From: an uncultured Kiloniellales bacterium
GTDB taxonomy: Bacteria; Actinomycetota; Acidimicrobiia; Spongiisociales; UBA5794
Direction of reading: 5' to 3'
Length of the DNA stretch: 64,000 nt
NCBI GenBank assembly: GCA_964195155.1
Contig: CAXMOP010000060.1
Coordinates: 9,860 to 73,859 of the forward strand
The notes below the pieces were generated by a model that was given only the letters and a program-made list of their open reading frames with translations, did not search any database and was not told the DNA's origin. The translations under genes and the position numbers were made by a program. Within the stretch, counting starts at the first letter, position 1; each line of letters starts with the position of its first letter. Below, piece after piece: positions 30,085-44,114 of this stretch.

Positions 30085-32556
30085 TCACAGGTTCGCTCCG
30101 AGGTAGTTGGCGAGTCGCAGCAGGTCGGCGAACACCCCGCCGGCGGTGACCTCGGGCCCTGCGCCCGGGCCCTGTACGACCAGCGGGTTTTCCCGGTACC
30201 GATCCGTCTGGAACTCGACGATGTTGTCGGTGAGGCGGATCCTGGCGAAGTGATGATCCGCCTCGTAGGAGCGCAGGCGGACGCTGCAGCCTTGCGTGGG
30301 ATCGATGATCCCCACGAAGCGCAGCACCTGGCTGCGGGATCGACTCTCCTCGACCAGGCGGAGCATCTCGTCGTCGTAGTCCCGCAGCTGGATCAGGAAA
30401 TCGTCGGGCGAGCCCGCCTCGAGACCGGCCGGCACCAGGCTCTCGACGTCAACGTCGGCAAGCTCGATGTCGAGGCCCATTTCGCGGGCGAGGATCACCA
30501 GTTTTCGAGCGACGTCCATCCCGGAGAGATCTTCGCGGGGATCGGGCTCGGTGTAGCCCTTCGCTCGTGCCGCAGCCACAATCTCGGAGAAGGGGACCGA
30601 TCCATCGAAGCTGTTGAACAGGTAGGAAAGCGTGCCGGAAAAGATGCCCTCGATGCGACGGATTTCATCACCGGTCTGCACCAGGTCGCGAAGCGTTTGC
30701 ACGATGGGAAGCGCCGCTCCGACCGTGGTCTCGTAGAAGTAGTGGGCATCGGCACGCCTGGCGCCCTCTCGCAGCGATCGATAGAAGTCGAGCGGCCCAG
30801 TGCTCGCCCGCTTGTTCGGGGTGATCACATGGATGCCCTGAGACAGCCAGTCCACATAGCGCATCGCCACGTCCTCACTGGCCGTGCAGTCGATGATGAC
30901 GGCATGGGGAACGGTCTCGGTGTGGACGTAGTCTGCGAGCCGATCCAGGTCCACAGGGACGGCGTTTGCATCGTCCTCGTCGAGGCGCTGACGCCACTCG
31001 TCGAGATCGATGCGGTGCTCGTCGAGCGCCATCGTCGAGCTGTTGCAGATCGCCCGTACGCGCAGGTCGACCCCGAACTCGTCCCGCAGCCAGTCGAGCC
31101 GCCTTGCCATCTGATCGAGCAGCGTTGAGCCCACGTGGCCAGGCCCGACCAGGCCGATCGACAGCGTCTGCTTGGAGAGATAGAACCCGGAGTGCGCGGC
31201 CCGAACCGCCTTGGTGGCATCGGCGCTATCGATGACGACCGAGATGTTTCGCTCGGATGATCCCTGTGCGATCGCCCGGACGTTGACCCCGGCACGGGCA
31301 AGCGCTCCAAAGAAGTTGGCCGCAATACCCGGGGTGCCGGCCATCCCGTCTCCCACAACCGCCAGGATCGTGCAGTTCTCGGTGATGCGGGGTGATTGGA
31401 TCTGCCCGTATCGAGTCTCCGACTCGAACGCTCGCTCGATCGCCCGGCTTGCAGTCTCGGCCTCGGATTGGAGCGTGGCGAAACAGATCGAATGCTCCGA
31501 GCTGCCCTGGGAGATCATAACCACAGATACGCCGGCGTGGCGGAGGGCGCCAAAGACTCGTTCCGAGATGCCGGGGACCCCGATCATCGCCGTACCCTCG
31601 AGATTAATCAGCGCCATGTCGCCGATCGAAGCAAAGCCCTTGACCGGCGACGTCGATTTGGTGCCGACATGAATTCGCGTGCCGGGCGCAGACAGATTGA
31701 ACGCATTTCTGATGTAGATCGGGATTTCGCGCTCGATCGCCGGGCCCATGGTCGCGGGATGGATCACCTCGGCACCGAAGTAGGCCAGTTCGATCGCCTC
31801 GTTGAAGGAGAGCTCCTCGAGAACCCGGGTCTGAGGGACCAGGCGGGGGTCGGCGCTGAGCACCCCGTCGACGTCGGTCCAGATGACGATCTTTCGTGCC
31901 CCGAGCAATGAGGCAAAGATCGAGGCCGAGTAGTCACTGCCGTTTCGCCCGAGCGTGGTGGGGGCACCCGCCGGATCCGAAGCGATGAACCCGGTGATCA
32001 CCGTCGTATCCGCTTCATTTGCATCGAGCCAGTCGGCGAGTCGCGATCGAGAGGCGTCCCAGTCCACCGAGGGCAGCAGCTCGCCCGGGCGCACGATCAA
32101 GACTTCCCGTGCATCGAGCCAGGTGGCGCTGGCCCCCTGGTTCTCGAGGTAGGCAGCCAGCAGGCGGGCCGACCACACCTCGCCGAAGCCGGCGACAACG
32201 CCAACGGCGCTCTCCGAAACAGCGTGCATGACCCACGAGGCTCGCAGCACATCCCCGATGTCGACCCAATCCTTCTCGATCTGTGCGATCAGCTCGTGAC
32301 CACCGTCCATCAGGTCCTGCGCCACAGTGGTCTGGCGGTCCCGCAGTTGATCGGCAAGCTCCTCGTAGCGCGGCTCGCGACGACCGGCCCGCTCGACCAC
32401 CTCGATGAGACCATCGGTCATTCCCGCCATGGCGGACACGACCACTGCCCGTCTGGCATCGGTCGATGCTCCCAGGTTGGATGCAGCAGCCCGGTAGGCC
32501 GATGCGTCGGCCAGGCTGCTGCCGCCGAACTTGTGCGTTACCCATTGCTCAGCCAC
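30085..32556 (-). CDS. thrA: bifunctional aspartate kinase/homoserine dehydrogenase I
   Basis: HKFGGSS, TTLGRNGSDYSA, WTDVDG, two ACT domains, GPGHVG, YETTVGAALP, GPGAGPEVTA. Confidence 0.93.
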   Translation of the reverse strand: MAEQWVTHKFGGSSLADASAYRAAASNLGASTDARRAVVVSAMAGMTDGLIEVVERAGRREPRYEELADQLRDRQTTVAQDLMDGGHELIAQIEKDWVDIGDVLRASWVMHAVSESAVGVVAGFGEVWSARLLAAYLENQGASATWLDAREVLIVRPGELLPSVDWDASRSRLADWLDANEADTTVITGFIASDPAGAPTTLGRNGSDYSASIFASLLGARKIVIWTDVDGVLSADPRLVPQTRVLEELSFNEAIELAYFGAEVIHPATMGPAIEREIPIYIRNAFNLSAPGTRIHVGTKSTSPVKGFASIGDMALINLEGTAMIGVPGISERVFGALRHAGVSVVMISQGSSEHSICFATLQSEAETASRAIERAFESETRYGQIQSPRITENCTILAVVGDGMAGTPGIAANFFGALARAGVNVRAIAQGSSERNISVVIDSADATKAVRAAHSGFYLSKQTLSIGLVGPGHVGSTLLDQMARRLDWLRDEFGVDLRVRAICNSSTMALDEHRIDLDEWRQRLDEDDANAVPVDLDRLADYVHTETVPHAVIIDCTASEDVAMRYVDWLSQGIHVITPNKRASTGPLDFYRSLREGARRADAHYFYETTVGAALPIVQTLRDLVQTGDEIRRIEGIFSGTLSYLFNSFDGSVPFSEIVAAARAKGYTEPDPREDLSGMDVARKLVILAREMGLDIELADVDVESLVPAGLEAGSPDDFLIQLRDYDDEMLRLVEESRSRSQVLRFVGIIDPTQGCSVRLRSYEADHHFARIRLTDNIVEFQTDRYRENPLVVQGPGAGPEVTAGGVFADLLRLANYLGANL

Positions 32557-32565
32557 GGGGCGTTC

Positions 32566-36924
<4,359 letters not shown>

Positions 36925-36979
36925 ATCGGAGGGGTCGTACAGCGGGAAGGAATCGCGCGCTGTGTGGTGGAGCGATTGA

Positions 36980-37042
36980 TCAGGGTATTTGATCGGTCAC
37001 AGGGTACTCGGGGTCGAATCGCTCGGTCGCCGACGCCAACAT
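36980..37042 (-). other. uORF MLASATERFDPEYPVTDQIP ending CCC-TGA; possible first frame of gltB
   Basis: AGGAG directly upstream of ATG/TTG; a +1 shift at CCC-T enters the open gltB frame. Confidence 0.4.
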
Positions 37043-37048
37043 TTGCTC

Positions 37049-37135
37049 CTAGCGAATGAGAAGCCAAAGGGAGACCACCTCGCCGACAAGCGCGAACGCG
37101 ATGATCAGTACTCCCGACACCAACTCAGCCTGCAC
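37049..37135 (-). CDS. 28-aa putative single-pass membrane peptide
   Basis: MQAELVSGVLIIAFALVGEVVSLWLLIR*; its stop TAG overlaps the next SD. Confidence 0.45.
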   Translation of the reverse strand: MQAELVSGVLIIAFALVGEVVSLWLLIR

Positions 37136-37152
37136 GAGAGTAGCGTCGCACC

Positions 37153-37986
37153 ATGGTCGACCTGCTGATCGTGCACGGCTGCTGCAAGGCGGAAGATCCG
37201 GAGCGCAATGCCCGAGCGAAAATCGAGGCCGAGAACGCTGCCGCTGCGTCCTGGCTGGAAGGATCGTTTGGTGACCTCTACAGCGCCTACTACACGTGCA
37301 CGCTGAACCAGGAGGTCCGACGCCTGGGCCATCAGCTCGGCGGCCAGCGATTCCCCCTTCCCGGGGACTGCGAGCCGCCGCCGCGGATCGTGGAGGATGC
37401 CGACCACGCCGAATTTTCCGCCTGGCTCAACGGTCTCGACCAAGGTATGGCGATGCTGCGCGGCGACGAGGCCGATCAACCGCCGGCGCGGGATCGGGGC
37501 GTCCAGGAGGGGTGGGCGGACGTGCACACCTACCTCCACGCGCATGAACAGGGAGCCCTCGGTCCGAGGGTTCCCTTCAGGGCGCCGGTGTGGGAGGCCG
37601 TCGCCGCCAACATCCCGCCAGAGCCCTATGTGGTGATTGCCCACTCGCTCGGATCGCTCATTGCCGTCGACATGGCAAGGGAAGGGTTGTTGCAACCCGA
37701 AGCCCTGGTCACGATCGGCTCCCCGCTCGGCATTCCCCTGGTGAGCGGATCGATTGAGGGATTCTCCTTCGATCGACCCTGGCTCAATCTGTACGACCTG
37801 CGTGATGCGGCCACCGCCTTCGGCAAGCTGTCGCCATTCGACTCCGGGTTCGGCGGATCGCCGGCCGCCCACGCTCGGGTTGCCGGTACCGGTGTCGGAG
37901 ATGGCCACGACCTGTCCGGGTACGTGCAAGCGTCGGCGGACCAACTTCGTCATCTACTCGACACCGGGCACTTGCCGCCAAGCTGA
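37153..37986 (+). CDS. putative alpha/beta hydrolase
   Basis: VIAHSLGS nucleophile elbow, LVTIGSPLG, later Asp and His candidates (DLRD, GHDLSGY). Confidence 0.65.
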   Translation: MVDLLIVHGCCKAEDPERNARAKIEAENAAAASWLEGSFGDLYSAYYTCTLNQEVRRLGHQLGGQRFPLPGDCEPPPRIVEDADHAEFSAWLNGLDQGMAMLRGDEADQPPARDRGVQEGWADVHTYLHAHEQGALGPRVPFRAPVWEAVAANIPPEPYVVIAHSLGSLIAVDMAREGLLQPEALVTIGSPLGIPLVSGSIEGFSFDRPWLNLYDLRDAATAFGKLSPFDSGFGGSPAAHARVAGTGVGDGHDLSGYVQASADQLRHLLDTGHLPPS

Positions 37987-38028
37987 CCTGCAATCGCTGC
38001 GACCCCTGCATCAGCGCGCGACTCTTTA

Positions 38029-38410
38029 CCTCCCCCTCAGCCTCAGGGGGAGGCGCCAAGCGAAGCGAGGCGACTTCTTTGCGTCCCCCTCAGGAGGAGG
38101 TGCCGAGCGCCAGCGAGGCGGAAGGGGTCTAGCCGTTGTCGCGACCACAGCCTTGACCCCCCTCCCCGCCCTGCGGTCGGGACTCCACCCTGAGGGGGGA
38201 GCAAAGAGAGGGCCGCTGCGCCATGGCTCGACCCCTGTCGCCGCCTGTTTCTTCCCTTCTCGGGTGAACGGTCGGGATGGTGTGTGACCCACACCACAGC
38301 GAGGCGACTTCTTTGCCTCCCCCTCAGGGGGAGGTGCCGAGCGCCAGCGAGGCGGAGGGGGTCAAAATGTTGTCGCGACCACGGCCTTGACTCCCCCCAA
38401 AGCGGGGAGA
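38029..38410. repeat. cluster of REP-like CCCCTC/GGGGAG palindromes including two ~100-bp direct copies
   Basis: 38064-38162 and 38298-38398 nearly identical (..ccccctcagggggaggtgccgagcgccagcgaggcggagggggtc..). Confidence 0.85.
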
Positions 38411-38449
38411 ACGAACAGCCCACGCGGCGACATTCGCTGTGCTCGCTCG

Positions 38450-38950
38450 CTACCGCTCGGCGTCCTCCAGGGTGGCGAGGAGCCGGCGCAGGGTTGGCAG
38501 TGCCTGACGGTCTCGCTCCCGGCCCGCCGCCTCCTTGGAGCGAATGATGTCGCGCAGCGACGCGCTCGGGACCTCGAGGTCGCCGAGCTCAAAACGAACC
38601 GCATCCCGAATCAGGTCGTCGTAACCGTTGGTTCCGGCGGGCCGAAAGGCCAGGTCCAGACGCCCATGGTCGGTGAGCAGATTCCAAATTTCGGCCTTGG
38701 CGAGGAAGGCGGCGTCGGGGACGAACGGAACGCCGTCCGGTTCTCGACTCGAGTAGATGGCGACATTCAGCTCTCGCAGCGCGGCAGCCAACCGCTCCAG
38801 GTTCGCCGGGTCATCGTCGGGACAGATATCGAGGTCGCCGGTGGTGAGCGGTGAGCCGTGCAGCGTCGCCGCCAGCCCGCCGATCGCGACATACGCCACC
38901 TCGTGCTCGTTCAGGGTCCGGAAAATGGCGAGAGGATCAAAGCCGGTCAT
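38450..38950 (-). CDS. nucleotidyltransferase (AbiEii/MNT-like putative toxin)
   Basis: YVAIGGLAATLHG, TGDLDI, LRDIIRSKEAAGRERD. Confidence 0.8.
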   Translation of the reverse strand: MTGFDPLAIFRTLNEHEVAYVAIGGLAATLHGSPLTTGDLDICPDDDPANLERLAAALRELNVAIYSSREPDGVPFVPDAAFLAKAEIWNLLTDHGRLDLAFRPAGTNGYDDLIRDAVRFELGDLEVPSASLRDIIRSKEAAGRERDRQALPTLRRLLATLEDAER

Positions 38951-39270
38951 GACACCACAACCGCACCGTGGAGCAGCTTCTCCGTTTCGAGGCGCCCCAA
39001 GAGGTCGTCGATACGCTCTTCGGGACTACGGCGCAGCGCATCATCAATGAGCCGGTCGTGATCGTCGTCTGCCGGCGTCACCGACACGTTGAGATCGAAC
39101 CCGGCAGCCCGCAGCGCACGGCGAACCGTGGCGAGGGCGGGCTCCCGCACCCCGGTTTCCCAGCGGGCCACCACCGACTGCTTCGTTCGCAATCGTGTAG
39201 CCAGCTCGGCCTGGGTCATGCCGGACCGCAGCCGCGCTTCTCTGATCAGCGCTCCGCCGTTCATCATCAC
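38947..39270 (-). CDS. XRE-family HTH protein (putative antitoxin)
   Basis: LIREARLRSGMTQAELA..QSVVARWETG..P; overlaps the NTase start. Confidence 0.85.
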   Translation of the reverse strand: MMMNGGALIREARLRSGMTQAELATRLRTKQSVVARWETGVREPALATVRRALRAAGFDLNVSVTPADDDHDRLIDDALRRSPEERIDDLLGRLETEKLLHGAVVVS

Positions 39271-39273
39271 ATG

Positions 39274-39331
39274 ATATAGCAGATCGGCTATATGGGCAAT
39301 AGCTATACAGCTATGTCTCCGGCTAGCTATG
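39274..39331. promoter_or_regulatory. putative XRE operator array
   Basis: ATATAGC-N6-GCTATAT inverted repeat plus three further AGCTAT copies. Confidence 0.5.
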
Positions 39332-39338
39332 TCATTGG

Positions 39339-42300
39339 CTACCCGGAGGGCACGTCGGGCACGGCCGAAACCTGCTCCACGGTGAGCGTCTCCCGCCGGC
39401 CTTGATCCTTCCAGCACCCCACGCCCCAATCACCCTCAGAGATAGGGCGGGCAAAGAACGCCGTCCCGCCCGCCGGTGCTTCCCGCCACCGGTACAGGCC
39501 GCTCCCATCGAAGTCGGGCGGAGCATTGGGGTCGTCACCGGGCTCCAAACGCCAGTTGTACACGCCGCCGAGAACGGCGGACTCGTTGAGGATCATGAAC
39601 CCGGCGAGCTCGGGGCTGAGCGGGCGGTGGAACTCGATGTTGCAACCGGCGTCGGTGATGGTGACCGTGGCGTTGATCTCGGCATCGGTCGGGGTACGCC
39701 GCGGACGGTTCGCGGCGTTGCGCTCGACGCCGGACTCACCGTCCACGGGCCGGCAGCGAATGGGCAGATCGTCGTCGAACATGGCGACCTGACCCCGGTT
39801 GGCACGTCCGGGGTCGGCCGTGATCTCGACGGGCTGACCGGTCCCCGCCATCATGATTGCCGCGGCGTCACCGTCGTTGACAAACTCGATGTCGAGCACC
39901 GTGCCGATGGGCACGTCGAGCGGGCCGGCGTAGCTGCACGCCGACGCGTCGTACGTGACCTTCGCCGTCATGCGGTTGTACGTTCCTGGAATGGCGTTCA
40001 GGTCGCCGATCGGCACGGTCGGTGCGACCGCGTTGCCCGTGCCGAGCTCCTCAACTGCCCGCAACGAATGGAAGTCGGCGGTGCCGGCGAGCGACGCCCC
40101 TAAGCGGGAGTAATCCATCACGCCGTCGCCGATCAGCCACTCCCCGTCGGGCTGGGCGTCCCCGGTCTCCAGGTAGCTGCCGATCATCGCCACGACCAGG
40201 CCGTCGTATCGGGGAATCAGGGACGTGAGTGCGTGGGGGCGAAGATCCGGCGCCCCACGCAAGTTCTCGTCGATGAACGAACCGATGATGTAGTAGAAAT
40301 TGCCGGGATCGTTGCGAGTGGCAACGGCTTCGAGCGCTCCGGCATCCTGACCAGCGTTGAAGATGACATCCGCTCCTTGGTCCATCTGCAGGTTGATGGC
40401 GGCAACGGTGGCGTCGCTCAGCCCGGGATCGGGCCATCCGCTCGCCACTGCGTAGCCGGCGATCACTTCGATGCTGGGCCTGAGCCAGTGCACGCCCGTC
40501 TCGTATCCGGCGCGGAGTCGCTCGCTGTGCCGATCCTGGACCGATCCCACAAAACCAACCTTGTCGTGGGCTTCGAGCGCCGCCAATGCACCGAGCACAA
40601 ACGCACCCTGTTCGATGGCAAAGCCATCACCGGATGTCTCGCGGGTCCTGACGATCTCGAAATCCACATCGGGGTACTCGTCGCGCAGCGGCAGCACCAG
40701 CGACTCATAGGCCTCGTCGGCGATGACCAGCTCGGCGCCGAGCTGGATGGCGTTGGCGATCTCGTCTTCCAGTCGCCCGAACGGCGGAGCGATCTCGATC
40801 ACCTCGACTTCGAACTCGGCTCGCGCCAGGGCGACGCCTTGTGAGATCTCGAGATCGACGGTCGACCGGCCGCCGTGCGCCACCACGACGACCGGCGGTG
40901 TGTCGAGCGCATTCACCACGGCCAGGGCGCCGGCCATCAACAGCACGCCGATCGCCGCCACCAGACCCCACAGACGCCGCCTGGCGCGGCGCCCGAGGTC
41001 GGTTTCGCGGACGGCCCGGCTTTGATCCGCCTCGACCAGCTCCTGGGAATGGTGCACGCCCTGATCGAGGAATGCTCTTTGCTCTCCGGTTAGCAGCATC
41101 GACGCGCCCAAAGCCCACGACCGCCAGTCCTCGAGGCGCCTGCCCGAATACAGGTAGTCCGGATCGCGGTTGGAGGCCTCCCACTCATCAATGGATGCGG
41201 TGAGGAGAGCGTGGCGCTTGACATCTTCCTCGCCCTCGTCGATCCATCCCACCAGCCGGGGCCACCCGGAGAGCAACGCCTCGTGGGCGATCTCTGCGAC
41301 CGGCTTGCCTGTCACACCGTCCCGATCGAACGAAACCAGTCGATGTTCGGCAAAGGAGCTGAGGACGGCCTCGATATCCTCGGCCGGCAGCTCGAGCGCC
41401 AGCAGCTCACCGGCGTGCACGCGGCGCTTGGTGCGCTCCCCATTCTCAGCAATGGCAGTCATCCGGAGGAATACCTGCTCCGCAGCTTGTTGGCGGTCGG
41501 AGTCGAGTTCGCGGTAGATGTCCTCGGCCCGTGCCGCCAGCATGCCCCGCACCCCGCCGGAAGCCTCGTAGACCTGCAGCGTCATCTGCCCGCCCTCTCT
41601 GCGATCGAACAGCTCGCGGAGCGTGTGCTGAAACACGGGCAGAGCGCCTGCCTGGCCGATGACGTCGGTGATCAGTGCGGTGAGCAGTGCGGGCTCCAGT
41701 TCGGCCCCGGCTCGCCTGGCCGGCACCATCGCTGCCGCTTCGAGCTCTTGTGCGGACATCGCCGAGACGTTGATCTGCGATGAGGCCAGCAGCTCGCTGA
41801 ATACCGGGTGGTTCAGGACACGCTCATAGAAGTCGGCCCGCAGCGTGACCACCGCAGTGAACCGGCCGTGCACGTCGGAGCACGCATCGCTGAGGGCGTC
41901 GAGGAACGCGGTGATCACCGCCGGGTCGCTCACCAGGGTGAACAACTCCTCGAACTGGTCGATGAAGAGGAGGACCCGCTGATGTTGATAGTCCAACACC
42001 CGCAGCACGGCGCGTATCAGGCCGTCGGGCCCGCTGGCGAGCAGGCTCTTGAGATCGGCAGTGTCCGGGGCGGCGCGGTTGAGGGCGGCCTCGAGCTCGG
42101 CGAACGGTCGTGACCCGGGAACCATCTGGGCGACGACCCATCCGTGCGGGTCGTCGACGCCTTCGGCCTCGAGGGAGGGGAAGACGCCGGCACTCACCGC
42201 GCTGGTCTTGCCCGACCCGCTGGCACCGACGAGCGCGATGAGCGGGGCGCCATCCTTGATCCGGCGCAGAATCTCACCGACGAGCCGCTCTCGGCCGAAG

Positions 42301-43154
42301 AAGTCGTCGGCGTCTGCGGCCCGGAAAGGCTGGAGGCCCTTGAAGGGGTTGGGTCCATCGCCCCCGATCGCCTCGGCGGGGGTGCGCCGGGTTCCCACCC
42401 ACAGCCGCGTGTCGTGGAGCAGAATCTGCTCTTCGATCGATGCCAGCTCGGGGCTTGGCTCGATGCCGAGCTCATCCCCGAGCTGCCTGCTGAAGCGGCT
42501 GTAGGCGCGCAGCGCCTCGGCGGATCGTCCCGCCCGGTAGAGAGCCATCATGAGCTGCTGCACCGGCCGCTCCCGCATCGGATGCTGCTGGCTGTGATGC
42601 TCGATCTCGGCGACCAGCTCACCGGCCTTGCCTGCCCGCAGGTCGGCCTCGATGCGGTCCTCGAACACCGAAGTCCGCAGCTCCTCGAGCTGGGCGGCTT
42701 CGGCCTCGGCGAACGACTCGTACTGGAACTCCTCGTAGGCATGGCCCTGCCAGAGCTCCAGCGCATCCTGGAAGGTGGCGGACGCCCGGTCGGGATCGTC
42801 TTTGAGCAACAGCTCGCCCTCCCGGGCCAGCCTTACGAACCGTTTGGAATCGATACGATCAGGCGGCACATTGAGCTGATATCCGTGGTCGTGACGTGCC
42901 AGCACCGCGCTCTCGGCTCGCTTCTCACGCTCCGGCTCGAGGATCGATCGGATCCGGGAGATATAGACCCACAGCGTGCTCTCCTTGCCGTCGGGCTCGT
43001 CCCCCCAGAATTCCTCGATGATCCGCTCGGTGGTGACCACGCTGTTGGCGTGGATCAACAGCAGCGCTAGAACGGCGCGCTGTCGGTTCGGCCCAAGATC
43101 GACGGCGTCGCCGTTGCGCCGGGCTTCGAGCGGTCCGAGCACCCGAAAGTCCAT
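39339..43154 (-). CDS. SARP/BTAD regulator with nSTAND1-like NTPase, TM helix and Bmp-like extracytoplasmic domain
   Basis: MDFRVLGPL..RQRAVLALL; BTAD; PFKGL..FFGRE, GASGSGKTS, IDQFEELFT, AHEALL; TM LWGLVAAIGVLLM; KVGFVG..GADVIF. Confidence 0.85.
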   Translation of the reverse strand: MDFRVLGPLEARRNGDAVDLGPNRQRAVLALLLIHANSVVTTERIIEEFWGDEPDGKESTLWVYISRIRSILEPEREKRAESAVLARHDHGYQLNVPPDRIDSKRFVRLAREGELLLKDDPDRASATFQDALELWQGHAYEEFQYESFAEAEAAQLEELRTSVFEDRIEADLRAGKAGELVAEIEHHSQQHPMRERPVQQLMMALYRAGRSAEALRAYSRFSRQLGDELGIEPSPELASIEEQILLHDTRLWVGTRRTPAEAIGGDGPNPFKGLQPFRAADADDFFGRERLVGEILRRIKDGAPLIALVGASGSGKTSAVSAGVFPSLEAEGVDDPHGWVVAQMVPGSRPFAELEAALNRAAPDTADLKSLLASGPDGLIRAVLRVLDYQHQRVLLFIDQFEELFTLVSDPAVITAFLDALSDACSDVHGRFTAVVTLRADFYERVLNHPVFSELLASSQINVSAMSAQELEAAAMVPARRAGAELEPALLTALITDVIGQAGALPVFQHTLRELFDRREGGQMTLQVYEASGGVRGMLAARAEDIYRELDSDRQQAAEQVFLRMTAIAENGERTKRRVHAGELLALELPAEDIEAVLSSFAEHRLVSFDRDGVTGKPVAEIAHEALLSGWPRLVGWIDEGEEDVKRHALLTASIDEWEASNRDPDYLYSGRRLEDWRSWALGASMLLTGEQRAFLDQGVHHSQELVEADQSRAVRETDLGRRARRRLWGLVAAIGVLLMAGALAVVNALDTPPVVVVAHGGRSTVDLEISQGVALARAEFEVEVIEIAPPFGRLEDEIANAIQLGAELVIADEAYESLVLPLRDEYPDVDFEIVRTRETSGDGFAIEQGAFVLGALAALEAHDKVGFVGSVQDRHSERLRAGYETGVHWLRPSIEVIAGYAVASGWPDPGLSDATVAAINLQMDQGADVIFNAGQDAGALEAVATRNDPGNFYYIIGSFIDENLRGAPDLRPHALTSLIPRYDGLVVAMIGSYLETGDAQPDGEWLIGDGVMDYSRLGASLAGTADFHSLRAVEELGTGNAVAPTVPIGDLNAIPGTYNRMTAKVTYDASACSYAGPLDVPIGTVLDIEFVNDGDAAAIMMAGTGQPVEITADPGRANRGQVAMFDDDLPIRCRPVDGESGVERNAANRPRRTPTDAEINATVTITDAGCNIEFHRPLSPELAGFMILNESAVLGGVYNWRLEPGDDPNAPPDFDGSGLYRWREAPAGGTAFFARPISEGDWGVGCWKDQGRRETLTVEQVSAVPDVPSG

Positions 43155-43388
43155 GCCTCCTCCGTCGGTTCGGCGATACTTCGCTTCTCGTGGTGATTTC
43201 ATCAGGCCCGACTTGCCGCTCACTTAACGGTACGCCGAAGAACCCCGGTCGTTTAGTCACGCTTAAGCCAGGCTGCGTATGTTTGTAGCGTGAAACGTCC
43301 CGTATCCGGCCACCCGGACATATGGGGACGACGAGATATGGAAGTACCTGGAACGACGAGAGGGTGACGGAAGGCACGGAGGTTCGTT

Positions 43389-44114
43389 GTGGAGACGGAT
43401 ACACAGATAGCACAGGAACCAGCAGATCAACCAATGTCGGGGCCAACATGGTGGATCATCGCCGCGGCGGTCGCGATTGTCCTCGCCGGCATCGCGCTCG
43501 CCGTGCAGTTCTCGTCGACGGCGACTGCCGAGACGTCCGACGTCGCCGGCCAGGGGGATGTCGGAGTATGGGCGCAGAACGGCGTGACCATCATCCGGTC
43601 CGAAGACGGCATCGAGGTGTCGATGGAGATGCCACGGCCGATGCCGGGTACCTATGCATACCCCGAAGGGGGAGAACAGGCGAACGGCAGCATCCACCCA
43701 GAAATCGTACAGGGAGAGGAAGAGGTCTTCACCCTGTGGTTCTTCAATTTCAACCATCCTGAGTTGTGCGTTGATCCGTATGTGTGCCGCTTTGCCGACA
43801 TCATCAGCGAAGACGGTTCACCTCCGCCGGCCGAAGGCGGGATCTACCAGGTCGATGGGGTCATCGTCAGCGGTTCCATCATCACGATGAGCGGCGAGGT
43901 ACGAGTCGGCGACCCGGCAAGGACCGGCGCCGATCTCACCAACCCGCTGTGCTCACATGTCCACGTCGGGATGGCGCCCCACGGTATGGCGCTCGACGGC
44001 GACGACCTCTTCACGCAGCTGACCTCCGGCGTCGGTTCCCCGGACTGGTGGTGGGCGGCAGAGTTCGAGTGGATCGACGCATCAAAGGGCTGCACCCCGC
44101 AGCCGGCGGGTTAG
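43389..44114 (+). CDS. membrane-anchored or secreted hypothetical protein
   Basis: N-terminal TM WWIIAAAVAIVLAGIALAV; four Cys; GTG start with GGAGG RBS. Confidence 0.7.
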   Translation: METDTQIAQEPADQPMSGPTWWIIAAAVAIVLAGIALAVQFSSTATAETSDVAGQGDVGVWAQNGVTIIRSEDGIEVSMEMPRPMPGTYAYPEGGEQANGSIHPEIVQGEEEVFTLWFFNFNHPELCVDPYVCRFADIISEDGSPPPAEGGIYQVDGVIVSGSIITMSGEVRVGDPARTGADLTNPLCSHVHVGMAPHGMALDGDDLFTQLTSGVGSPDWWWAAEFEWIDASKGCTPQPAG

